Positions 1 through 9,293 of a DNA stretch of 64,000 nucleotides are shown piece after piece. Position 1 is the first letter of the stretch; every line of letters starts with the position of its first letter. Position numbers and translations under genes: made by a program. Origin of the DNA: Thermodesulfobacteriota bacterium (GTDB lineage: Bacteria > Desulfobacterota > Desulfarculia > JACQYL01); the NCBI GenBank assembly GCA_963675595.2, contig CAXXLZ010000002.1, forward strand, positions 544,001 through 608,000, in the 5' to 3' direction. The notes below the pieces were generated by a model, which was not told the DNA's origin, did not search any database, and saw only the letters and a list, made by a program, of their open reading frames with translations.

Positions 1-341
1 TCGAGGAATTCGGTCGGGAAGCCCTGAAGGCGGAACAGGAACTCAATATCTCGAGTATGTGCACGGTGTTCGCCGAATCCGAAGTGGTGTCCCTCATCGC
101 CAAAGGCCGCAGCCGCCGCGAAATCGCCCTTGGACTGCACGCGAGTGTGCTCCGCCGGGTGGCCGCCATGATTCGAAGGGTTTCCTCGGGCGGAGACATC
201 GTATTCACCGGAGGCGTGGCTCAAAACCCCTGCATGCGCGCCCTGCTGGCGGAAAAAATGGAATGCGAAGTGCTTCTGCCGCAAGAACCTCAGTTCGTCG
301 GGGCTTTCGGCGCGGCTTTGCTCGCCATGGAAGCAGCATGA
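1..341 (+). CDS. Acyl-CoA dehydratase activase (HgdC/BadF ASKHA ATPase), C-terminal part; runs in from window edge
   Basis: ISSMCTVFAESEVVSL, VFTGGVAQN and PQFVGAFGAA motifs; upstream of a dehydratase-family gene. Confidence 0.9.
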   Translation, partial: EEFGREALKAEQELNISSMCTVFAESEVVSLIAKGRSRREIALGLHASVLRRVAAMIRRVSSGGDIVFTGGVAQNPCMRALLAEKMECEVLLPQEPQFVGAFGAALLAMEAA

Positions 342-490
342 AAGACTGGTGAAAAACGCGATCTGCGGTGTTGCGCTTCCTCCCTCGTCACTGCGGCGTA
401 CTTCTATGTACGCCTCACTCCTCGGGACTCGCGCGCCTTGCATCTCATCGTTTTTCACCAGTCTTCCGCAATCGGACTATTTTAACGGAC
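342..490 (+). repeat. MITE-like structured repeat R1, copy a
   Basis: Perfect 17-bp inverted repeats AAGACTGGTGAAAAACG (342-358) and CGTTTTTCACCAGTCTT (449-465); homologous copies at 36935-37083 and 46114-46262. Confidence 0.85.
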
Positions 491-829
491 CGGCGAAAAG
501 ATACGAGAAACAGTACGGTTTAACGGAGGAAAACTTTCGAGGAAGTTTTCCGGACCTCCTTTCAAAGCTTCTTGAGCGGGCCTCACCGCCTGCGGCGGAG
601 AGGCGAAGTGGAGACCGGGAATTGCCTCGCTTTTAAGCAATGAGCGGACAAACGACCTTTGCGCTTCCCAACGATTTCCCACCGGAGACGCTCCGCCGAA
701 GGCGATGCGGCCATGCCTGAAGTTTTCCGGGGGGTGTGGGGGGCGCTTTTTCAAAAGCGTCCCCCACGACTGCGGAAGCCGAACGAATAATAGTTTCCCA
801 ATGCATTACTTGAAGCGGGAGAAGACTTC

Positions 830-1981
830 ATGAATATCACACCATTGATGAACGACGGCCTGGACGGCGAACCCGGAAAGCGGGTGTTGAAATACGTGGA
901 GGGACGCAAGGCCCAGGGCGACCCCATTGTGGGGATCTACTGCGGATACGCACCCATCGAAGTGATACAGGCCATGGGCATCGTGCCGGCGGTGTTGTGC
1001 GCCTTTTCCAGGGTGCCCATTCCGTCGGCGGAAACCATGCTGCCGGCCAATCTGTGTCCTTTGATCAAGTCGAGCTACGGGTTCATCATCGAAGGCACCT
1101 GCCCCTTTTTCAGCCTGTCCGGCGCGGTCATCGCGGAAACCACCTGCGACGGCAAGAAGAAGATGTTCGAGCTCATCGCGGACATCAAACCCACTTTTGT
1201 CATGGACCTGCCCCAATTGCCGGACGAGGCCGAGGCCAAGCAGAACTGGAAAAACATGATCCTCAAGCTGTACGCGTTCCTGGAAGACACCTTCCAACGC
1301 TCGGCCACGGAGGATCAGATCGAGGCGTCCCTGCGGTCCGCCAACCGAAAGAACGAGCTCATGCGCAGGTTCTTCGACTATGCGGCGCTCAAGCCGCCGG
1401 TGCTTCATTGGAAGGAAATGTACGACCTGGGTTTCCTGGCCCTGCCGGCCACGGGCGACGAGATGGTCCCTCTGATCGAGACTCTGCTCGAAAGACTGGA
1501 AACCCGGGTGAAGGAAGGCATTTCCTTCGGAAAACCCGATGCGCCCCGCGTTCTGGTGACGGGTTGTCCGGTGGGAGGCGACGCCGCCAAGATTTTTAAC
1601 GTCATCGAAGCCGCCGGGGGCGTGGTGGTGGCTCCCGACGCCTGCACGGGCATGAAGGCTTTTATGGGCCGGTTTGAAGAAGGCACGGGGGACCCCGTGG
1701 GGGCCATCGCCGACCGCTACCTCAAGATTCCCTGCGCCTGCATGACCCCCAACCAGCGACGCCTGACCGAACTGTCGGCCCTGATCGAACGATTCCAACC
1801 CGACGCGGTGATCGACCTGATCCTGCAGGCCTGTCATTCCTACAATGTGGAATCCTATCGCGTGGGTCAACACGTGACCGAACAACACGGCCTGCCGTTC
1901 TTGAAGGTGGTGACGGACTATTCCGATTCGGACACGGGCCAGCTCAAGACCCGCATCGAGGCTCTTTTCGAAAGCATTTAA
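830..1981 (+). CDS. 2-hydroxyacyl-CoA dehydratase family (HgdB/FldC-like), probable double-cubane cluster reductase
   Basis: NLCPLIKSSYG, TCPFF, ETTCDGKKKM, DACTG, CACMTPN, QACHSY and GQLKTRIEA motifs. Confidence 0.88.
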   Translation: MNITPLMNDGLDGEPGKRVLKYVEGRKAQGDPIVGIYCGYAPIEVIQAMGIVPAVLCAFSRVPIPSAETMLPANLCPLIKSSYGFIIEGTCPFFSLSGAVIAETTCDGKKKMFELIADIKPTFVMDLPQLPDEAEAKQNWKNMILKLYAFLEDTFQRSATEDQIEASLRSANRKNELMRRFFDYAALKPPVLHWKEMYDLGFLALPATGDEMVPLIETLLERLETRVKEGISFGKPDAPRVLVTGCPVGGDAAKIFNVIEAAGGVVVAPDACTGMKAFMGRFEEGTGDPVGAIADRYLKIPCACMTPNQRRLTELSALIERFQPDAVIDLILQACHSYNVESYRVGQHVTEQHGLPFLKVVTDYSDSDTGQLKTRIEALFESI

Positions 1982-2017
1982 ATAGATGTCTCACATGTAA
2001 CCGGGGAAGACTTTCGA

Positions 2018-2300
2018 GCAGGCCTCACCGCCTCCGGCGGAGAGGCTGCGGATGAATTCAGGCTTCTCACTCCTTCCCAACGTTCCTTACATCTGCTGAG
2101 TCGGCAAAGAAGCCCTCAAGTTCGGCTTCGTTCCGGGAGGGACGGGCCTCCGTTTCGCCCTTGCGAATCGCCTACGGAATTCGCAAAACGAGCCAGCATG
2201 TACCGTTCAACGTATTAAAATACTTAAAGTTTTTTGGAGGGAGCCCGAGGGAACCCTTTTTTCAAAAAGGGTTCCCTCGGATACTCCTCTGAATGCTCAC
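2018..2300 (+). repeat. Composite intergenic repeat (R4 head GCAGGCCTCACCGCCTCCGGCGGAGAG plus ~235-bp R2 body with terminal hairpin)
   Basis: 2066-2300 matches 45827-46061 in inverted orientation; head also at ~577, ~7638 and ~37156. Confidence 0.8.
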
Positions 2301-2714
2301 AAAAAATGGCGACTTTTGCCTATTTACGTCCCCCTCTTCCCTGAATACACTAAGAACAGCGTTGTCTTCTTTTTCGTCCCTCGACAGTCGGGGCCACCTT
2401 CATACGCAGGAATTCATGCGGAGTGGGAGGCAGGGATGTAAAAAACACTCACCATACACCGCCGGTTCCTCGCGATTCCGCCGCAGCCGTGGTTTCCGAC
2501 TTCCCGGATGTCCCGCTCTCCCGCCCTTTTCCCGGTGCTTCCGCTTCCGCTTCGAGCCGTCCCCCAAAACTGGTCAAGTCTCACCATGAGCGCCTGTACC
2601 AAGGCGGTGTCCCCCCGGTCCCGTTCTGTGAAAAGGCCCGATAGGGTGTGCGAACGGACGTCGAACCCGCGACGTCCCCGCCGACGGTAAAAACCTGGAT
2701 GGAGGAAAACGGAC

Positions 2715-5700
2715 ATGGCGGAAGAAAAGGGAGGCGGCGGGAGTTCGCTGCCTGTGTCGGCGTTGATTCTGGCCCTGGCCGCCTTGGGCATCCTGGTGGC
2801 GCCCAAGTCGCCTCTGAGAAGCGATCGGCCCGTGCTTTCGCGCCTGCACGAAGCGGCTCCGCAGGAGGACGTGCGGGCCCGCCTGTGGGAGGACCCCTTC
2901 GAGGCCGTGCTCAAGGACGCTCGGGAAAGACGCTCTCGCTCGGGCGCCCGGGCGGGCGCCCATGGCTCCGTGCCGCTAAAGGCCGAAATTCCCCCGCTTC
3001 TCAAAGAGCAACTCGCGGAGGAGGGCCCCACTATTCTGGGCGTGATGACCAACGGGGGTCCCTATGCGGAGGACGGCGAGTGGCGGCTGAGACATCGCTA
3101 CGCCGTGGTTTCGGCCCTGCTGCGTGCCGGTTTTCTCCCTTGGGACGAACGGCACATCGGGAGCTTCTATTACGACTACGGCTCTTCCCGGAGTCCCGGA
3201 AGCAAGGCGCCCCCCACCATGGAACCCCCGTGTCCCAGTGGGGAGCCCAACATGTGCTGTATCGTTCCCTACGAGGTTTTCTGGAAACAGCGAACCGTTC
3301 CCCAAAAGTGCAAGGAAGTGGTCCTGCTGGTTTGGATCAACGACCATGCGAGCCTGCTCGACGGCCGGCCCCTGGCGCGGGTCCTGGAGGTGATTCGCCT
3401 GGCCGATCCCATCGTTGGAACCCAAGCCTCGAACCCTGGACCTTCAGAGTCCCCTCCTCCGCGCCTCAAGATCATCGGGCCCGTGGGGTCCACTCCCCTG
3501 GCCGCGATCTGGCGGGAGCTCATGGCGGCGGAAGCCGAATTGGGCAACCGGAACGATTCCGGAGAGCAGGCGCGGGGCGTTGCATCGACTCCCACCCAAG
3601 AATCGGACGGCGGATCCGACGCCTACGCGATCCACCTCTCCCGAGGCGAGGTGCAATTCTTCTCCCCTACGGCCACGGCCGCCGAACACGACCTGAGGGA
3701 ATGGAGCGATCTCAAGAACGATCCGGACTCGGGCTCCTCCGCAGCCCCGAGTTTGCAGGAAGAGTTCGAGGAGTTCGGAATCCGATTTTACCGCACCATC
3801 CTTACGGACGAGGAATTGGCCGGAGCCTTGGTAGATGAGGTGGCCTTGAGGGCCCACACCGGCAAGAAAAAGATGCATGTGGTTCTGGTGGGAGAGAAGG
3901 ATACCATCTATGCCCGGTCCCTTGCCGATTCCTTCAAGAAAGCCTTTGAAGACCATTCCAACGGGCAACAGGCGTCGGACTCCAAGGATCCGGCTCCCGA
4001 ATTCCAGACAGTGTACTTTTCCTATCTGCGAGGGTTGGACGGCAGACTTCCCGGCGACCCCCAAGACGAAGGCGCGGAATCCGAGGGGAATCAGGAAGAG
4101 TCCAAGACCGATCGATCGAGGGAGGACCGTCCGGTGGGATTCGGCCGTTTCGATTATCTGGAACGCCTCGCCGATCAAATCGCCTTATACGAAAAGGACG
4201 CGAAGGAGAATCGAGACTCCGCGGGAGTGTTGGCCATCGGAATTCTGGGCAACGACGTATACGATAAGCTGCTGGTCATCCAGGCTCTCAGACAGCGTTT
4301 TCCCTTGAAGCTGCTCTTCACCACGGATGTGGACACACGCCTTCTGTATCGGGACTATCGGAAATGGACCCGAAACACCCTGGCGGTTTCCAGCTTCGGG
4401 TTGTCCCTGCATCCCCGCATACAAGGAAGCGTGCCCCCCTTTCGTGATTCCTACCAGACTTCCCTGTTCTTCACCACCCTGGCGGCCCTGGGCACCATCG
4501 GCATTGAAAACGGCCGTCTGATCTACGCAGAGCAAACCGACGTAGACGAACCGCCGGAATCGGCTGTGCGTTTCAAGACCGACCGATCCTGCAATGCGGT
4601 TTCCGCCGCGTATGCGGGAAATGCCTTGTCCGCCCTGCAACCGCAGGTATATGAAATCGGAAGAAGCAGCCTGGTGTATCTCAGCTCAAAGGCCGGTGCC
4701 GGATCACCCGATTCCGGAAAACAAGGCGTTTCCATCTACGGCGAGACCGGTCGCGGCAACCGGGTGTTGGTGGATTTCATCGTGGAATACCTGTTGGTTC
4801 TGCTTCCTCTGGCGTTCGTTCTTTTCTGCGCACTCAGCTATCAGGTTCAGAACGTGCTCTTTCAACTGGGAAACTCCAAAAAAATCTACCTCCCGGCCGT
4901 TGCTCTGGGCGCGGTTCTCCTCGTATCCGCCGCATGGCTTACCAATCACGTCTCCGGTATTCCCCGGGAGGAGCCTATTTCCTTCACCGAAGGGATCAGC
5001 GCCTGGACCACCATCTGGATTCACTGGATCGCCTTCGCCCTGTCCCTGGTCTACTTGGGAATTCATTACCGCAGAATGAACGTAAATCGGGAGGCCATCG
5101 AAACGGAAGAAGGCATGGAGGCGTCTTTCCCGGGAAAGCGCGCCGATTCCGTGCGGAAAAGATCATTCGACTGGAAGATTTTCACGGGGTACTTGTGGCA
5201 GCCGACATCGAACGAAAAATCAGTGGAACCCGAACCAACGGAACCATCGACATCGGGCAAGCCCTCTCCTTCTCCTCCCATTGAAGAGCCCACCGCCGGA
5301 CGCGAGGCAATCTGGTCCGCCTATGTGCGTGCGTCCGAATCATGGCTCAGCCTCATCCGGGCCGTGCTGTTGACCGCCGTGTATTACCTGTTCATGGGGA
5401 TTCTCTTCAGGGAGTTCCATGCCGACAACCTCCTCATTCGAGGAGACCTGACCTATACCGTCTATGAATGGACCGGGCATGTCACTCGATTCCTCTTCTT
5501 CGTGCTCCTGTTCTTCGCTTTCGATCAGGCGCAGAACTGCGCCCGCATGGTGCAGCTATATACCGATCTGGTTCGGGAGCGTTCCGTTCAAGCCCTGCGC
5601 TCCGAAACCGCACCCGCCGATAACCTGGACAGAGACGCCCTGGACCTTGCACATCTCATCGCCAAACGCACGGAATGCGTTTCCCGACTGGTGTTGGCTC

Positions 5701-6074
5701 CCTTTTTCATCTGGTTTTTGCTCATTCTTTCCAGGCTCCGCTTCTTCGAAGGATGGGACACGGGACTCCTCCAGACCTTGGCCCGCATCATCGCGGGTTT
5801 GATCTGCGTCATGGCCGCCGTTACCCTGCGCCGGTCCGCCAAGCGGTTCCAGCAGACCCTGTCGGACGCCCTGGACATCCACCGGAGAAAGGCGGCGCGT
5901 CACGGCAATGAGGAACAGGCGCAACGCATCGCCTCGATTCGGGAGGAAGTAATGCAACTCCGTCGAGGCGCTTTTTCATCGCTCCTTCATCTTCCCATTG
6001 TCCAGGCCGTGCTCTGGCCCTTCACCGGCATCGGCAGCCTGTATCTCATCGACTACCTGGGGGAGTTTTTTTAA
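2715..6074 (+). CDS. Large hypothetical membrane protein (N-terminal anchor, ~650-aa extracytoplasmic region, C-terminal multi-TM region)
   Basis: 1119-aa ORF with RBS GGAGG; hydrophobic N-terminus; several hydrophobic helices after about aa 685. Confidence 0.75.
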   Translation: MAEEKGGGGSSLPVSALILALAALGILVAPKSPLRSDRPVLSRLHEAAPQEDVRARLWEDPFEAVLKDARERRSRSGARAGAHGSVPLKAEIPPLLKEQLAEEGPTILGVMTNGGPYAEDGEWRLRHRYAVVSALLRAGFLPWDERHIGSFYYDYGSSRSPGSKAPPTMEPPCPSGEPNMCCIVPYEVFWKQRTVPQKCKEVVLLVWINDHASLLDGRPLARVLEVIRLADPIVGTQASNPGPSESPPPRLKIIGPVGSTPLAAIWRELMAAEAELGNRNDSGEQARGVASTPTQESDGGSDAYAIHLSRGEVQFFSPTATAAEHDLREWSDLKNDPDSGSSAAPSLQEEFEEFGIRFYRTILTDEELAGALVDEVALRAHTGKKKMHVVLVGEKDTIYARSLADSFKKAFEDHSNGQQASDSKDPAPEFQTVYFSYLRGLDGRLPGDPQDEGAESEGNQEESKTDRSREDRPVGFGRFDYLERLADQIALYEKDAKENRDSAGVLAIGILGNDVYDKLLVIQALRQRFPLKLLFTTDVDTRLLYRDYRKWTRNTLAVSSFGLSLHPRIQGSVPPFRDSYQTSLFFTTLAALGTIGIENGRLIYAEQTDVDEPPESAVRFKTDRSCNAVSAAYAGNALSALQPQVYEIGRSSLVYLSSKAGAGSPDSGKQGVSIYGETGRGNRVLVDFIVEYLLVLLPLAFVLFCALSYQVQNVLFQLGNSKKIYLPAVALGAVLLVSAAWLTNHVSGIPREEPISFTEGISAWTTIWIHWIAFALSLVYLGIHYRRMNVNREAIETEEGMEASFPGKRADSVRKRSFDWKIFTGYLWQPTSNEKSVEPEPTEPSTSGKPSPSPPIEEPTAGREAIWSAYVRASESWLSLIRAVLLTAVYYLFMGILFREFHADNLLIRGDLTYTVYEWTGHVTRFLFFVLLFFAFDQAQNCARMVQLYTDLVRERSVQALRSETAPADNLDRDALDLAHLIAKRTECVSRLVLAPFFIWFLLILSRLRFFEGWDTGLLQTLARIIAGLICVMAAVTLRRSAKRFQQTLSDALDIHRRKAARHGNEEQAQRIASIREEVMQLRRGAFSSLLHLPIVQAVLWPFTGIGSLYLIDYLGEFF

Positions 6075-6223
6075 TGCGGAATTCCGCCATCAGACTCCGG
6101 TTGTTTTTTCATACGGGCTCACGGCATCATTAGGATGCTCTTCGCCGGGTTTTTGGTTTCCATGTTTTTGGTAACCTTTCCGGCCGGGGGGGAACTTTTA
6201 AAAAAGTTCACCCCCCGGACCCC

Positions 6224-7608
6224 CATAAGCGCTAACTTAAGCCTTTTGTTTTGGTGAGGTTTATGGTACCGTTGCCGCCAAAGGAGGTGGCAATGGAGCG
6301 TCTCGTTTTTTCCGAGGAAATGGAAGACTGGGAAGTTCTCCAGGGTTTTCTTCCCGATGGCTGGCAATCCAAAGCAAGGGAACTTGGTGCCGTTGTCAGA
6401 TACCGTAAGTTCGTGGACGCCGAAGGTCTGTTGCGAACGCTTCTGATCCATCTGGCGGAAGGTTGCTCACTTCGGCTGACGGCGGCCAAAGCCAGGTTCG
6501 GCAACATTACGTCGATTTCCGACGTAGCTCTCCTAAAACGACTGAATAAATGCGGAGAGTGGTTTCGGTGGATGGCCTTAGGGGTCATGGAGAAATGGTT
6601 TCGAAAGCTGCCCGCCGTTGTTTTTGGAGAGAATTCACGCATCAGGTTGATCGATGCCTCCACCATTCAAGAACCTGGAAGTACCGGAACGACTTGGAGG
6701 GTCCATTATTCCATACAATTGCCTTCGCTGCGCTGCGACGAAGTCTATGTAACAGACCCCAAGATCGGAGAATCCTTCACCAATTTCAAAGTCCATGGCG
6801 GTGAACTTCTTGTAGCGGATAGAGCCTATTGCACACCAAGAGGAATTCACCATGTCATAGACAACGGCGGCGACGTCCTGGTTCGAATGAAACACCGTGT
6901 CGCCATGGTGGACAAGCAAGGGGAACGATTCCAATTACTCCCTCATCTAAGGACGTTACGTGTAAATAAGCTTGGCGACTGGGATGCATTCGTTCCATTT
7001 GAACAACGCTTGGTTGCAGGTAGAATCTGTGCCATCAAGAAGAGCAAAGACGCCACTGAAAAAGCTCGTAAAGCGATAGAAAAAGAGGCGAGGAAAAAAG
7101 GTCGCCAAGTTACTCCGGACACCCTCGAAGCGGCGGCCTACATATTTGTTTTCACAACATTGGGCCGTGAAATCTCGCCCTCTCAGGTCCTCGAGATGTA
7201 CCGAGGTCGATGGCAAATTGAACTCGCTTTCAAGCGTCTAAAGTCCATTCTCGGTTTAGGCCATCTTAGAAAGACCGACATCGAAGGAGCCAAGGCCTGG
7301 ATCCATGGGAAACTACTGGTGGCTTTCTTAGTGGAGGCCATGATCGCCGCAGGCGAATCTTTTTTTCCCTGGGGATACCCACTCCAAAAAGAACCACCGT
7401 AGAAATCGATGCTTCTGGAGAGAGACCATGTTTATGTTACACCTGCTGAAACAAGCCGTGAACCCTAAACTCGGCTTGGCCGAATGCATTGCCGGCTGGG
7501 ATAACATATCTTTTTATTTGCGAGAACCGCCAAGGAAACGAGCACTTCAGCGGCTGATTCCTCAGACGGAAAGAAGCATAGCAAACAATGCTTAAGTTAG
7601 CGCTTATG
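6224..7608 (+). mobile_element. IS4-family insertion sequence, copy 1 (1385 bp)
   Basis: 19-bp TIR CATAAGCGCTAACTTAAGC; 11-bp TSD CCCCGGACCCC at 6213-6223 and 7609-7619; same length and transposase as 55524-56908. Confidence 0.95.
6293..7402 (+). CDS. IS4-family DDE transposase
   Basis: LIDAS, VADRAY and YRGRWQIELAFKRLK (YREK-type) motifs; RBS AAGGAGG before ATG 6293. Confidence 0.93.
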   Translation: MERLVFSEEMEDWEVLQGFLPDGWQSKARELGAVVRYRKFVDAEGLLRTLLIHLAEGCSLRLTAAKARFGNITSISDVALLKRLNKCGEWFRWMALGVMEKWFRKLPAVVFGENSRIRLIDASTIQEPGSTGTTWRVHYSIQLPSLRCDEVYVTDPKIGESFTNFKVHGGELLVADRAYCTPRGIHHVIDNGGDVLVRMKHRVAMVDKQGERFQLLPHLRTLRVNKLGDWDAFVPFEQRLVAGRICAIKKSKDATEKARKAIEKEARKKGRQVTPDTLEAAAYIFVFTTLGREISPSQVLEMYRGRWQIELAFKRLKSILGLGHLRKTDIEGAKAWIHGKLLVAFLVEAMIAAGESFFPWGYPLQKEPP

Positions 7609-7910
7609 CCCCGGACCCCCCTTCAAAAATCCCCAAGCAGGCCTCACCGCCTCCGGCGGAGAGCCTGAGGGAGAAATAGGGTTGCTCACTAATTTCCAAC
7701 GTTCCTTACATCTCATAAATCGGTAAAGGAATTCCCTTCTCAATAAATGCAGTTTTTAGCCCGAGCCGGATGTCACCCCCCCCTCTCCGCCGAAGGCGGT
7801 GAGGCACTCTTGAAATGCTTTGAAGGGAGCCCGAGGGAAACTTTCTCGAAAGTTTCCCTCGGTGAATGGATGCTTCTGCCCTTCACCAACCTCTCATGGA
7901 GATTCCGACC

Positions 7911-9293
7911 ATGCTTCTTCAACGGATTTTCACACTCGTGCTTCTTTCTGTTTTCATTTGGATTTCGCCCGGGTCTTCCCAGGCCGGGGAGTTGAATGTG
8001 GGCATCATCGGAGATCAGACCGGCAGTCTTGATTTGGACGCTTCGTACGAGGCTTTGAGCAAAGGCGTGGAGATCCTCAAGGCGCGGGAAGTGCAACTGG
8101 TGCTGCACGTGGGGGACCTCATAGAAAGCACGCGGTCGGACGAGGAATGCAAGAGGGATTACCAAAAGGCCGCGGGCATTTTGGACGGTCTCGGGGTGCC
8201 CTGGTATCTCACTCCCGGGGATCATGACGTGAATCCGGTTGCCTGGGAGGCGGGATCGGACGACCGGTCCAAGGAGACGTTGTTCCGCGGGCTCTACGCG
8301 GAAAAGGTGCCGGAGTTCAAGGACCGGATGTATTACAGCTTCGATTTCGGGGGAGTTCATTTCATCGCTCTGTACACGCACGAGACGTTGCGGGTGGACC
8401 CCAGGTGGGGCAACGTGTTTTTGGCGAAAATATCCGACGCCCAATTGGACTGGTTGGAACAGGACCTGGAACGCAACAAGGCGTGCGCCGGCGTGGTGGT
8501 GTTCCTGCATCAACCCCTTTGGTATCACTGGGCCGGGTGGGCGCGGGTCCATCGGCTCCTGGCCTGTTATCCCGTGCGTGCGGTCATTGCGGGGCATTTT
8601 CATTACGACCAGGACGAAGGCACCCTGGACGGGATCCGGTACGTGATCGTGGGAGCCACGGGAGGCGGGGTGAAGGACGCGAGTCGAGACGCGGGCAACG
8701 CCTGGCACGTAACCACCCTACGGCTTTCCGGGGAGTCGGTGAAGTTCACGCTTTCGCCCCTGGAGGGCGAAGAGCCGTTGGAACTCACCCCCAGAACGCA
8801 AATGGACCGGGTTCAGGCCGTGGAATCCATGATGGACGGTCTGTACGGTTTCGGTTCTCGCAATCCGGTGTTCCTGAAAGACCGGCGGCTCTGTTCGAGC
8901 TGCGATACGGACGCACCGGCCGTATTGACGTTGACGCGCGTGGGCAACCCCATCGACCTGCCCTTGACCGTGACCATACAGCCGTTGTCCAGCCACACGG
9001 CCCTGCGAGAGGCCGCGTTTGTGGTCGAAGCCTGCGCGTCGTCTCCAAGCGACTCCTCGTGCGTGCTGCCTCCGGGTGAACGCGTGGTCCTGTCCAACAC
9101 GTCCTTCGTGAGACTGACCTACGACGGTTCCGACCCCGAACCCCTGTGGTCCGCCCGTCCCGTGCCCAAGGACGGGGCAACCATCGAGCCGGGAACCCCG
9201 CTCCAACTTCAAATTCGCGCGGAATTCCAGGGCGAGGATAGGACTTACTGGGTGGATCGCGTTGTGTCCGTTGCGGTCAAGGGGTGTCCTTGA
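7911..9293 (+). CDS. Secreted calcineurin-like metallophosphoesterase with C-terminal extension
   Basis: Signal peptide; IGD, HVGDL, PGDHD, LHQP and AGHFH motifs; start chosen at ATG 7911 after GGAG. Confidence 0.85.
   Translation: MLLQRIFTLVLLSVFIWISPGSSQAGELNVGIIGDQTGSLDLDASYEALSKGVEILKAREVQLVLHVGDLIESTRSDEECKRDYQKAAGILDGLGVPWYLTPGDHDVNPVAWEAGSDDRSKETLFRGLYAEKVPEFKDRMYYSFDFGGVHFIALYTHETLRVDPRWGNVFLAKISDAQLDWLEQDLERNKACAGVVVFLHQPLWYHWAGWARVHRLLACYPVRAVIAGHFHYDQDEGTLDGIRYVIVGATGGGVKDASRDAGNAWHVTTLRLSGESVKFTLSPLEGEEPLELTPRTQMDRVQAVESMMDGLYGFGSRNPVFLKDRRLCSSCDTDAPAVLTLTRVGNPIDLPLTVTIQPLSSHTALREAAFVVEACASSPSDSSCVLPPGERVVLSNTSFVRLTYDGSDPEPLWSARPVPKDGATIEPGTPLQLQIRAEFQGEDRTYWVDRVVSVAVKGCP

Noticed and set aside
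349-754. Short ORFs in repeat DNA (349-636, 482-754; also 36907-37464 and 46028-46277)
   Set aside because: They are translations of the non-coding repeat modules and their frames are not conserved between copies.
2423-2644. 73-aa ORF upstream of the membrane protein gene
   Set aside because: Low-complexity translation and no clear RBS; it may be a remnant but cannot be supported.
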